Below, in pieces: positions 18,189 through 26,450 of a stretch of 44,444 bases of DNA (position 1 is its first letter; each line of letters opens with the position of its first letter). The stretch is taken from assembly GCA_039585915.1 (NCBI GenBank), contig JBDGUZ010000002.1, positions 1 through 44,444 of the forward strand. The letters run 5' to 3'. This DNA is from Gemmatimonadota bacterium. GTDB lineage: Bacteria; Gemmatimonadota; Gemmatimonadetes; Palauibacterales; Palauibacteraceae. The position numbers and the translations under genes were made by a program. The notes below the pieces were generated by a model. It made no database searches and was not told the origin of the DNA. It worked only from the letters and a program-made list of their open reading frames with translations.

Positions 18189-20917
18189 GTACCCGCCGGA
18201 GGAGCCGATCGCGTCCTGTCCGACTGGTGAAGTGGTGCCTTGCGTCACTGATTCTGTCCAGCCTGAATGCTGAAATCGCGTCGGGGCAGGAACTCGTCGA
18301 ACGAGGTGCCGGCGAGATCGTCACCGTCGGAATCGAGGTTCCGACCTTCCCGTCGAACCCCGGATCCTCAGACAGCGTGTCCGTTGCATACACTGTCCTC
18401 GAAAGTGATGCCGGGCGGCTACTCGGGCCGGAGTCAGGGATGTATTCGTGGGCCGGCGACGAAGAGCGGCTGATTCCGGTCACCGTGGCTTTGACTCCCG
18501 AGCTACCCGCTGGCGAGCAAACAGTCGCCCGAGTAATCCTCGAGGGACCAGCAGGCGACCGGGACACGATCGATGCCAGGGTCTACATCAGACGACATAA
18601 GGAGTTCGAGCTTTCGGTGACCGCCACCGGGCGGGCTGCCCGTGCCAGAACGCTCGAGATCCACTTCCAGGTCACGAACGTCGGAAACTCGCCCGACACG
18701 GCGATCATCGTCCCGATACCGCTCGGGAATCTGGCGGCTGACGAACCAGCGTCGGTATTCGTTCTCGATCATGGGCAATCCGCTGAGGGCGTCGTGCGAC
18801 TGGAGGTGCTTGCGGACGCGGCCGTCGGAACAGCGGCAGCGGCTCGTCTCACGGTCGAGGGGGAAACGGCCGTCCCGGTCGATGTCTCGACTGTCGTCCA
18901 GGAGCCCGGCAGCCTGTTCTCCGGACTGGTCAGGGTTCCGACTTCGGTATTCGTCGGCACCACGATTCGCCAGAGGGCGGACGCCAGCAGCGTCTCCAGT
19001 CCGGTAGTCGCCGTTCGGGGTCGCGGCGTCGTGGCGACCAACACAGAGATCGAGTACGGCTTTCGAAGCACCCCTCCCGAAGGAACGAGCTTCGCATTTC
19101 GGGGCGAGCCCTACGGTCCCCGATATTTCTTCGCTCTCCGGCGTCCGGGATTCGACGCAGCGCTTGGTGAATTGATGGTTCGCACGTCGGCGCTATCCGG
19201 AAATGTCCAGCAGGGCATAGGTGGAAACCTCCGGGCGACAACGGGCCCCTGGATGGTAGACGCTCTCATCGCCGCACCGATGACCGCAGGTTCCCGGGTG
19301 GATGGCCACGTTCGCTCGGGACGGATAGACCGCTTTCTCACCTGGTCCACCGTCGGCATTCGGGTCGACGATGTAGAGCGCAGGGGAATATTCGATCCTG
19401 GTGTGGGCAGCCGCGTGATGAGTGCACTGGCCTCCGTAGACTGGACAGGGGGATCGGCTCACCTTGCGTCTGTCGAGGCCGGCTGGATGCGAGTCCAGGA
19501 CTTCGAATCCGGGGAAGAAGCGAACGGCCCGGCCGTCCAGGCGCTCTACTCCTATCGCAATGGACCGAGCGCTATTGACGTCCGCGCTCGCACCATACCC
19601 GGAATCGGCAGGGAAAGCCGTCTTCCGGGTCGTCAGTTGCGTGCGAACGGCGTTCTCGGAGTCACCTCGGAATTCGGACTTCTTGGGGGTTTTCACTTCG
19701 AGCGAGACCCGTTACTCGGGAGTGAGATCGAGCCGGAGCGCAAAGGTGCAGAGCTAGGCGGCCGCCTGTTCACCGGTCGCGCCAGCGTCGATCTCCTGGG
19801 CAGAGTACGCAACTGGGAAGACTTCGACTCCCGCACGTACAGCACAGCGGTCGCGAATGTCGCTCTCCCGTTCAGTTCCGTGTTTGTTGACGGGTCGCTG
19901 GAGCTGGGCGTCGTGAACCGTGAGGGTGTGATCAGTCCGGTCCGATACGCGCGCGTCGGGGCCCAGTGGTACCGTGGTGCCGGCTGGATTCGAACCGGCC
20001 TACGGCATGCGTACGAGCCGATGTTCGGAGCCGAGACGATGCTGGAATTCGGAGCGAGCCAGAGGCTGTTCCGTCGAGCTTCGATATTCGTGAATGCCGC
20101 GTTGCCTTTTGGCCGGTCTTTCACGTATCGAAATCCGCTCCTCCAGGTCAGCGCCGAGATCATGGCACTGCGCGGCACGGCGTTTATGATCGGCGCGGAA
20201 ACCGTCCAGGAGTTCGGGCCGGGTTCGATTCGTGGGTGGAAAGTCTCATTCGGGGTCCGCCAACGCCTCGACCTCGCGATGCCGATCAAGAAGCCTGCGC
20301 CCCTCAGCGGCGTGGTGTTCATTGACGTGGATGGAAACGGAATGCGCACCGGGACCGAGCCACTCGCGGCCGGAGTCCGGGTTCGATCAGGAGTCGAAGA
20401 GGCCGTGACCGATGCACTCGGCCGGTTCCGGTTCGTCACCTCCGGCGGTCGGAGTTCCGTGACCATCGACCCGACGTCCCTGGAGTCAGGACTGCTTCCT
20501 CCGGAGTCTCCTGTGGTCCCGACCGCATCGCATATTGGTGTTCCCATCGTTCCTTCCACGTCTCTGGAGATCGAGGTATTTCTCGATGAAGATGGGGATG
20601 GGTTCCGAGATCCAGACGAAGACCCGTTGCCGGATGTCTCGCTGTCGCTCGTGAACGAACCTGGCTCCGCGTGGGCGCTGCAAACGGATCGAACGGGCAC
20701 GACGACGCTTCGCTCACTCCGCCCGGGCGAATACCTGGTAGAGATCGTGCCGGAGAGCCTGCCGTGGCGGGCACAGGCTCCGGACCCGACACCGGTTCGC
20801 TTGCTCGGGGGTCAGACCGGTCGTGTCCGAATCCCGATCCGGACACGGACCGTAAAGTTCCGGGCGCTCGCTGATCCGGCAGTCGATCGGGCTTCTGAAG
20901 GTGGAAGTGAACGATGA
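18185..20917 (+). CDS. Large secreted outer-membrane protein, usher candidate: N-terminal Ig-like (CARDB/NEW3-like) domains, central beta-barrel-like region, two C-terminal SdrD-B/Cna-B-like domains
   Basis: ATGA overlap with the upstream gene and an Arg-rich signal peptide. VTNVGNSPDTAII is a CARDB/NEW3-type strand. The central ~450 aa shows an alternating hydrophobic pattern. The C-terminal region contains VVFIDVDGNGMRTGTEP and FLDEDGDGFRDPDEDPLPDVSLSL...LRPGEYLVEI, typical of SdrD-B-type Ca-binding Ig folds. Confidence 0.5.
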   Translation: MSTRRRSRSRPVRLVKWCLASLILSSLNAEIASGQELVERGAGEIVTVGIEVPTFPSNPGSSDSVSVAYTVLESDAGRLLGPESGMYSWAGDEERLIPVTVALTPELPAGEQTVARVILEGPAGDRDTIDARVYIRRHKEFELSVTATGRAARARTLEIHFQVTNVGNSPDTAIIVPIPLGNLAADEPASVFVLDHGQSAEGVVRLEVLADAAVGTAAAARLTVEGETAVPVDVSTVVQEPGSLFSGLVRVPTSVFVGTTIRQRADASSVSSPVVAVRGRGVVATNTEIEYGFRSTPPEGTSFAFRGEPYGPRYFFALRRPGFDAALGELMVRTSALSGNVQQGIGGNLRATTGPWMVDALIAAPMTAGSRVDGHVRSGRIDRFLTWSTVGIRVDDVERRGIFDPGVGSRVMSALASVDWTGGSAHLASVEAGWMRVQDFESGEEANGPAVQALYSYRNGPSAIDVRARTIPGIGRESRLPGRQLRANGVLGVTSEFGLLGGFHFERDPLLGSEIEPERKGAELGGRLFTGRASVDLLGRVRNWEDFDSRTYSTAVANVALPFSSVFVDGSLELGVVNREGVISPVRYARVGAQWYRGAGWIRTGLRHAYEPMFGAETMLEFGASQRLFRRASIFVNAALPFGRSFTYRNPLLQVSAEIMALRGTAFMIGAETVQEFGPGSIRGWKVSFGVRQRLDLAMPIKKPAPLSGVVFIDVDGNGMRTGTEPLAAGVRVRSGVEEAVTDALGRFRFVTSGGRSSVTIDPTSLESGLLPPESPVVPTASHIGVPIVPSTSLEIEVFLDEDGDGFRDPDEDPLPDVSLSLVNEPGSAWALQTDRTGTTTLRSLRPGEYLVEIVPESLPWRAQAPDPTPVRLLGGQTGRVRIPIRTRTVKFRALADPAVDRASEGGSER

Positions 20918-20950
20918 CGCGCCGCGCCGCAGAGTGCGCCCTTCCTCGGT

Positions 20951-21348
20951 GTGACGAGGTGCGGAGGGAGATAAGCCGGGTCCTGTAACGGGCCGTGAGA
21001 CCCGCGGGGTCATCTATCTGGGACGCCGGTTACCCGACGCCTCGTGCAGCCTACCCGGAACTCGAACGCGGCGGGCAACCGCTCGCTCCTGTTTGGCCTT
21101 GCTCCCGATGGGGTTTGTCGTGCCGCTGCCGTCACCGGCGAGCGCGGTGGGCTCTTACCCCACCTTTTCACCCTTGCCTGTGCGACCGAAGCCGCCATCG
21201 GCGGTCTGATCTCTGTGACACTTTCCGTCGCCTCGCGACGCCCGGGCGTTACCCGGCATCGTGCCCTGCGGAGCCCGGACTTTCCTCGAACCGAGCCACC
21301 GAAGCGACCGGCCCGCGACCCCTTCTCCCTCCGCGCTCCGTCCTCGTG
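20951..21348 (-). ncRNA. rnpB: RNase P RNA, bacterial type A (boundaries +/- ~15 nt)
   Basis: The minus strand contains GAGGAAAGUCCGGGCUCC (plus strand 21270-21287) and ACAGGACCCGGCUUAUC (around 20970-20990), the two P4 strands. Other universal blocks are present: GGGUAACGCCCGG, AAGGGUGAAAAGGUGGGGUAAGAGCCCACC, CAAACCCCA, CAAGGCCAAACAGG, GGGUAGGCUGCACGAG, CCCAGAUAGAUGA. A P1 helix can form between 21325-21334 (ctccctccgc) and 20961-20970 (gcggagggag). Confidence 0.93.
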
Positions 21349-21466
21349 CCAGTCTACCCTGTCCGGCCGCCGCCCGTTCCGTCCGGTGCCCGGTTCGCAT
21401 ACTCTTGGGTCGCGCCGACCCGAGGGAAGGCGACGAGGCCGAGACCCCAGATAGAAGGACGGACCC

Positions 21467-23476
21467 ATGAAACGGACCCGGTTCGGGCTTTCCAGCCCGC
21501 ACGCCCTGGCATCCATCGCCACCCTGCTTGCGGCGCTCACCGTCACCCCGATCTTGCAGGCACAGGAGACATCCTCCTACTCGATCTCCGTGACGCCGAC
21601 GAGTCTGGAAATGGCGGCCGGGGAGTCCGCGCGGCTCGAAGCGGTCGTAAGGGATGTCTCGGGTGAACCGATCGACGCCGAGGTCAGGATGTTCACGCCA
21701 GGCGCGGACGGGATCGCGGTGGACACGGATGGAACTGTAGAAGCGACGGCCGGAGGCTCCTTCCGGGTCCTGGTGTTCGCCCGCCTGCCCGAGGGGTCGT
21801 ATCTGAGGTCCGAAGTCCCGGTCGAAGTCGCCTGGCCACCGGTCGAGTCGATCGAGATGGCCGTATTCCCCGAGCGCCTGTATTCCGGGAACATGTACCG
21901 GGTGCAGGCACAGGCCTGGACAGAAGAAGAACTTCTGCGGACCGACCTGGTGCCGACGCTGCGCAGCTCAAATTCCGAGGTGTTGTCGATTGGAGCGGCC
22001 GGCGGAGTAAGCGCGGTCGCCCCAGGTTCCGCCCGACTCACGGCCACCGCCGACGGGTTCGATCGCTCGTGGGACGTGGAGGTGCACGAGAGTCCCGTCC
22101 GGAGCGTGCAGGTCTCGGCCTCACGTACCACGGTCCGAACCGGAGACGTCGTCTCGATCCAGGCGACAGCACTCGATGAATCGGGGCGGCCGGTGAACGA
22201 CGCACCGGTCAACTACAGTGTCGAGGCATTCCCGATCGACACGTTGATCGCACCACCGTCGGCGGCCCACGTGGCTCCCGATGGACGGTTCGTAGCGGAG
22301 AAGCCGGGTGCCTACGTGGTGCACGCGTCTTCCGGAAACGCGGGAGGATCGATCGAGTTCCGGGTCGAGGGACGTGATGTGGCGGAAAAGGTCACGCTGC
22401 TCGGACATGGTGCCGTGTCCGAAGTCCACACTTCGGACCTCTGGGTGTGGGAGGGAGTGGACGGGCGGGACTACGCCGTAACGGGCACATGGGGAGGCGA
22501 GGGAAAGGCCTACTTCTGGGATGTCACGGACCCGACCTCGGTGACGAAGATCGACAGCTTTCAGGTGGACGCCCGCACCGTAAACGATGTGAAGGTCTCC
22601 GAGGACGGCCGGGTCGCGGTGATCAGCCGCGAAGGAGCCTCGAACCGCAGGAACGGTCTCGTCATCCTCGATGTGAGCGACCCTCACGACGTCACCGAGA
22701 TCTCGCGCTACGACGAAGGTCTGACGGGCGGCGTGCATAACGTGTTCATTTCCGATGGGCACGTGTTCGCCCTCAGTGCGGGCCAGCGTTACGACATTCT
22801 CGACATCCGTGATCCGACGAATCCGACGAAGGTCGGGAGCTTCGAGCTCGACACCCCCGGTCACTCGATTCACGACGTGTGGGTGGAGGATGGAATCGCC
22901 TACTCGTCCAACTGGTCTGATGGAGTGGTGATGGTGGACGTGGGGAATGGAGTGGCCGGAGGATCGGTGACGAATCCGGTGAAAATCGGGAGCTATGCGT
23001 ACCCGTCAGGTGCGAATCACGCGGCATTCCCGTTCCGCAGCGAGTCCACGGGCAAGTTCTACGTGATCGCCGGAGACGAGATCATGCCGGAGTGCTCGGA
23101 CCCGGACCGGCCGTGCGTGACGGAGGGCTACCTGCACTTCATCGACTTCTCCGACCCGGAGAACCCGGCCGAGGTGGCCCGATACCAGGTACCCGAGGCG
23201 GGAACGCACAACTTCTGGGTCGAGGGCGACCGGCTGTATGTGGCCTACTACAACGGAGGCTTGCGGGTGGTCGACATCTCGGGTGACCTGATGGGTGACC
23301 TGTACCGCCAGGGACGTGAGATCGCGGTCTACCGTGCCTGGGACGCGGAGGGATTCGTGGCGAACACTCCGATGACCTGGGGCCCGCAGCCGCACAAAGG
23401 CAACCTGTTCTTCAGTGAGTTCAATTCAGGCCTGTGGGCCGTCCGGATCGATCCGGTACGGGAGCTCGTTCCGTGA
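21467..23476 (+). CDS. Secreted protein with N-terminal Big_2-like Ig repeats and C-terminal LVIVD-repeat beta-propeller
   Basis: A signal peptide is present (ALASIATLLAALTVTPILQAQ). Repeats of the form SVTPTSLEMAAGESARLEAVVRD are Big_2-like. The LVIVD-type repeats are GLVILDVSDP, YDILDIRDPTNP, VVMVDVGNG and GLRVVDISG. Confidence 0.8.
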   Translation: MKRTRFGLSSPHALASIATLLAALTVTPILQAQETSSYSISVTPTSLEMAAGESARLEAVVRDVSGEPIDAEVRMFTPGADGIAVDTDGTVEATAGGSFRVLVFARLPEGSYLRSEVPVEVAWPPVESIEMAVFPERLYSGNMYRVQAQAWTEEELLRTDLVPTLRSSNSEVLSIGAAGGVSAVAPGSARLTATADGFDRSWDVEVHESPVRSVQVSASRTTVRTGDVVSIQATALDESGRPVNDAPVNYSVEAFPIDTLIAPPSAAHVAPDGRFVAEKPGAYVVHASSGNAGGSIEFRVEGRDVAEKVTLLGHGAVSEVHTSDLWVWEGVDGRDYAVTGTWGGEGKAYFWDVTDPTSVTKIDSFQVDARTVNDVKVSEDGRVAVISREGASNRRNGLVILDVSDPHDVTEISRYDEGLTGGVHNVFISDGHVFALSAGQRYDILDIRDPTNPTKVGSFELDTPGHSIHDVWVEDGIAYSSNWSDGVVMVDVGNGVAGGSVTNPVKIGSYAYPSGANHAAFPFRSESTGKFYVIAGDEIMPECSDPDRPCVTEGYLHFIDFSDPENPAEVARYQVPEAGTHNFWVEGDRLYVAYYNGGLRVVDISGDLMGDLYRQGREIAVYRAWDAEGFVANTPMTWGPQPHKGNLFFSEFNSGLWAVRIDPVRELVP

Positions 23477-24648
23477 GATCGGCTTTCACCATCAACTCGA
23501 AGATAGGGACCCTCGTCGCGCTGGTCGCGTGGAACGTGGTCGGTCCTGGAGTGACCGGGGTTCCGGCCCAGCAGACAGGGACGAGCCAGCCGCCCGAGGC
23601 CGACTACTGGATCTACGTGGCGGCTGAATCGGAGGATGAGGTCGCGCTGATCCGATTCGGGCCGCATGGGGCGAGCGTAGAGCAGACGATCCCGGTCGGG
23701 TCGTTCCCGACGGACATCGACGGACCACATGGGATCGCCCTGCACCCGGATGGATCACGCTGGTACGTGTCGATAGCGCACGGCCTGCCGTACGGCGAGG
23801 TCGTCGCGTACTCGACCGAGACGAACGAGCGGGTCGGAAGGGTCAAGGCGGGGCTGTTTCCGGCGACGATGGCGGTCGATCCGGCGGGCCTTCTGTTCGT
23901 GGCGAACTTCAATCTGCACGGGGATCACGTGCCGAGCTCGATCTCGGTGATCGAGACCGGATCGATGCTCGAGCTGACGCAGATCGAGACCTGCACGATG
24001 CCACACGGGGCACGGCTCAGCCCGGACGGGACGATGGTCTACTCCGTTTGCATGATGGACGACCAGCTGGTCGAGATCGATGCTCGCATTCTGTCGGTGA
24101 GTCGACGATTCGGACTGGCGCCGGGCCGCGAAGCGCTGCTTGCAGGCCAGGTCACGGACGCGCCGGCGATGTCACCGATGCAGGCCGCAGGGCACGAGGC
24201 GCACGCTGACGCACGGTGTGGGCCGACGTGGGTGGAGGTTGCGCCGGGCGGGGACGTAGCCTACGTCGCGTGCAACAAGAACGCGGAGGTCCTTGAGGTA
24301 GACCTCGGGAACGGAAGCGTGCGGCGTCGATTCACGACCGGGAAAGGCCCCTACAATCTGGCGGTCAGCCCTGACGGGCGGACTCTGGTCGTCACCTTCA
24401 AGGGAGACCAGGCCGCCGGAGTCTTCGACCTGGAGACCGGAGAATCGAAGGTGGTTTCCACCACGCGGCGCGTGCCGCATGGCGTGGTCATCAGCCCGGA
24501 TTCCCGCTATGCGTTCGTCTCCGTGGAGGGTGTCGGGGGTGAGCCGGGCACGGTCGATGTGATCGACGTCGCCAGCGGTGAGGGCGTCGCGCGTGTTGAA
24601 TTGGGAAAGCAGGCCGGCGGCATCGGATTCTGGAAGATGACCCCATAG
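23473..24648 (+). CDS. Secreted YVTN-family beta-propeller repeat protein
   Basis: Repeats PHGIALHPDGSRWYVS, PHGARLSPDGTMVYSV, PYNLAVSPDGRTLVVT, PHGVVISPDSRYAFVS. I chose the in-frame GTG at 23473, which overlaps the upstream TGA (GTGA) and is followed by a signal-peptide-like VRSAFTINSKIGTLVALVAWNVV. The track start at 23434 is also possible. Confidence 0.8.
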   Translation: MRSAFTINSKIGTLVALVAWNVVGPGVTGVPAQQTGTSQPPEADYWIYVAAESEDEVALIRFGPHGASVEQTIPVGSFPTDIDGPHGIALHPDGSRWYVSIAHGLPYGEVVAYSTETNERVGRVKAGLFPATMAVDPAGLLFVANFNLHGDHVPSSISVIETGSMLELTQIETCTMPHGARLSPDGTMVYSVCMMDDQLVEIDARILSVSRRFGLAPGREALLAGQVTDAPAMSPMQAAGHEAHADARCGPTWVEVAPGGDVAYVACNKNAEVLEVDLGNGSVRRRFTTGKGPYNLAVSPDGRTLVVTFKGDQAAGVFDLETGESKVVSTTRRVPHGVVISPDSRYAFVSVEGVGGEPGTVDVIDVASGEGVARVELGKQAGGIGFWKMTP

Positions 24649-24844
24649 TCGGGCGTCGGGCTCACGGCTCGTGCGTTCGGAGGGCGGCGAGATTCTTCTC
24701 CGGGTCTTTCGCGACCGGCACTGAGGCTGAAACTTCCGCGGTGTCGCGCTCGTCGGGCAGGATGAGCCGAATGAAGAGGGGAGTGAAGGAATTGGCGCGG
24801 CACACAGCCGTAAACGCTAACACGCCGGAGCGAAGGAATACCCG

Positions 24845-25585
24845 ATGAACACCGATCGATCGATCGCGCATCTCAGGCGTTGTATGGCTGCGGCCCTGTT
24901 CGGGCTCGGTGTCTTCTTCTTGCTGGCGGCGACACCCGGCGTCGCGCTGGCCCAGGAATCCGGGACCTGGACCGAGGATGCGAACGCGACCGATGATCTC
25001 GGCCAGCGCGGGTCCGGCTTCGAGATCACCGGCTATCTGGGAGTGCTCACACCGCTGTCCACTCTGGCCAACCAGGGTGACACTCTGAAAGCGGAACTCA
25101 CGACCGCCGTCACGTTTTCGCTGGGCCTCGACTACTGGTTCTCCAGCGGCTTCGGTATCGGCGCGTTCGGCGGCTACACGCAGCCCGAAATGACGGTTTT
25201 CCAGGTGGAAGAGGTGGGGTCGTTCCCCAATGAGTTGAACCTCGGAAGTGTCGACTACTTCTACGGGGTCCTGACGGCAATGTACCGGCCGAATTTCAGT
25301 GACAACAAAGCGATTCTGCGGCCGTATTTCCTGCTTGGAGGCGGCATTAAGTCGGTGGGGTCGAGCGCCATCGATCTCGGAGACGGGGATACGTTCGCCG
25401 TAGAGAGTTCCACCAAGCCCGTGCTCGCGTTCGGGGCCGGAGCTCATCTGATCATCTCCGATTCGTGGTTCCTGCGTCTCGACGTTCGCGACCTGGTCTC
25501 ACAGTTCGACCCCGAGCCGTTTGAGGACGCCAAGATCCAGAACGACCTGTTCACTTCGATCGGATTCGGATACGCGTTCCATTGA
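24845..25585 (+). CDS. Outer-membrane beta-barrel protein (OmpA-like/OmpW-like small barrel family)
   Basis: A signal peptide (AAALFGLGVFFLLAATPGVALAQ), alternating amphipathic strands rich in G/Y/F, and a C-terminal aromatic-rich strand SIGFGYAFH. Confidence 0.75.
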   Translation: MNTDRSIAHLRRCMAAALFGLGVFFLLAATPGVALAQESGTWTEDANATDDLGQRGSGFEITGYLGVLTPLSTLANQGDTLKAELTTAVTFSLGLDYWFSSGFGIGAFGGYTQPEMTVFQVEEVGSFPNELNLGSVDYFYGVLTAMYRPNFSDNKAILRPYFLLGGGIKSVGSSAIDLGDGDTFAVESSTKPVLAFGAGAHLIISDSWFLRLDVRDLVSQFDPEPFEDAKIQNDLFTSIGFGYAFH

Positions 25586-25604
25586 GTCCGAATCCAGTTT
25601 GCCG

Positions 25605-26141
25605 ATGGTGATGCCGGCAGGCATTCGGGAGCTCATTCCGGAGGATCGGATCCGCTCCCGCGTCGCTGAACTGGCGCACAAGATCGACCAGGACTACGCC
25701 GACGCCGGGGAGATCCTCCTCCTCGGCGTGCTGCGTGGTTCCTACATCTTTGTCGCCGACCTCTCCCGGGCTCTGTCCATCGATCGTCGTGTAGACTTCA
25801 TCGCGCTTTCCAGCTACGAACGCGATGCACGGCAAGCCGGGGTACGCCTGATCATGGATGCCCGAGTTCCGATCGAGGGTAGACATATCCTCCTGGTCGA
25901 GGACATCCTCGACACGGGCAGGACGCTGGCGTACCTGCTGAAGGTGCTCGCGGCAAGAAGACCCGCATCGATTCGGAGTTGTGTGCTGGTGCGAAAGCCT
26001 GTACAGGAAACGCAGGTAACGGCCGACTACGTCGGGTTCGACATTCCGGACGACTGGGTGGTCGGATACGGACTGGACTTCGACGACCGATTCAGGGCTC
26101 TTCCGTTCATCGGGATCCTGGATCCGGATGCGATCGACTGA
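25605..26141 (+). CDS. hpt: Hypoxanthine(-guanine) phosphoribosyltransferase
   Basis: LLLGVLRGSYIFVADL and the PRPP-binding motif ILLVEDILDTGRTL. I chose ATG at 25605 (MVMPAGIRELI...). The track ORF start at 25521 overlaps the OMP gene. Confidence 0.92.
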   Translation: MVMPAGIRELIPEDRIRSRVAELAHKIDQDYADAGEILLLGVLRGSYIFVADLSRALSIDRRVDFIALSSYERDARQAGVRLIMDARVPIEGRHILLVEDILDTGRTLAYLLKVLAARRPASIRSCVLVRKPVQETQVTADYVGFDIPDDWVVGYGLDFDDRFRALPFIGILDPDAID

Positions 26142-26323
26142 CGGCCTTCCGCGGGTGAAACGACCTTCCGGAGACGCGCTGGCTCGGGGATGTCCGGTCA
26201 CGGACGGGACGAATGTGCCACTTTGTCCTACTGTCGGATCTAACGATTCGCCGTAATTCATGACCATCCCGTTAACATGTTGTATTTGCAGCGCTTAAGG
26301 TACGAATTTGTCTCGGGCCGTTC

Positions 26324-26339
26324 TGGCACAAAAGATGCA
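26324..26339 (+). promoter_or_regulatory. Sigma-54 (-24/-12)-like promoter element upstream of korA
   Basis: TGGCACaaaagaTGCA matches TGGCAC-N5-TTGCA with exact GG-to-GC spacing. It sits in the AT-richer 309-nt intergenic region, about 110 nt upstream of the korA ATG, in the correct orientation. No enhancer-binding protein gene lies in the window, and a chance match is possible. Confidence 0.35.
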
Positions 26340-26450
26340 CCTACCCGGGGGGTTCTTCTTGCCCCGGACCCGGAAACGGCCGTACCACCGGGACGAAGAG
26401 ACACGATTGCCGACGACGATTGATGTGGAACGGAATAAGAGGAAGAGAAC

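Noticed and set aside
20995-21666. ORFs 20995..21666 (+), 21010..21546 (-), 21044..21454 (+) and 21155..21502 (-) in the gap between the usher-like gene and the LVIVD gene.
   Set aside because: The region is occupied by a full-length type-A RNase P RNA (minus strand, about 20951-21348) with all universal conserved blocks. The ORFs are artefacts of the GC-rich structured RNA.
24662-25447. Minus-strand 261-aa ORF opposite the OM beta-barrel gene.
   Set aside because: The plus-strand ORF 24845..25585 has a signal peptide, beta-barrel strand periodicity and a C-terminal aromatic strand. The minus-strand product has no features and an Arg-rich composition.
26235-26262. Possible direct repeats flanking a kor-rnf-PFOR island: ccgtaattcatgacc (near 26250) versus ccataatctgagcc (41429-41442).
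   Set aside because: The similarity is short, imperfect and gapped. No integrase, transposase or tRNA lies nearby, and a match of this quality is expected by chance.
26142-26320. Possible TPP riboswitch or thiC 5' remnant at the left edge of the kor-rnf cluster. I looked for one because a thiC 3' relic sits at the right edge.
   Set aside because: A vague resemblance (CCACUUUGUCCUACUGUCGGAUCUAACG versus the ACCUGAUCUGGAUAAUGCCAGCG arm) is not supported. The obligatory CUGAGA element is absent and no convincing P1-P5 helices can be drawn. A cmsearch with RF00059 would settle it.
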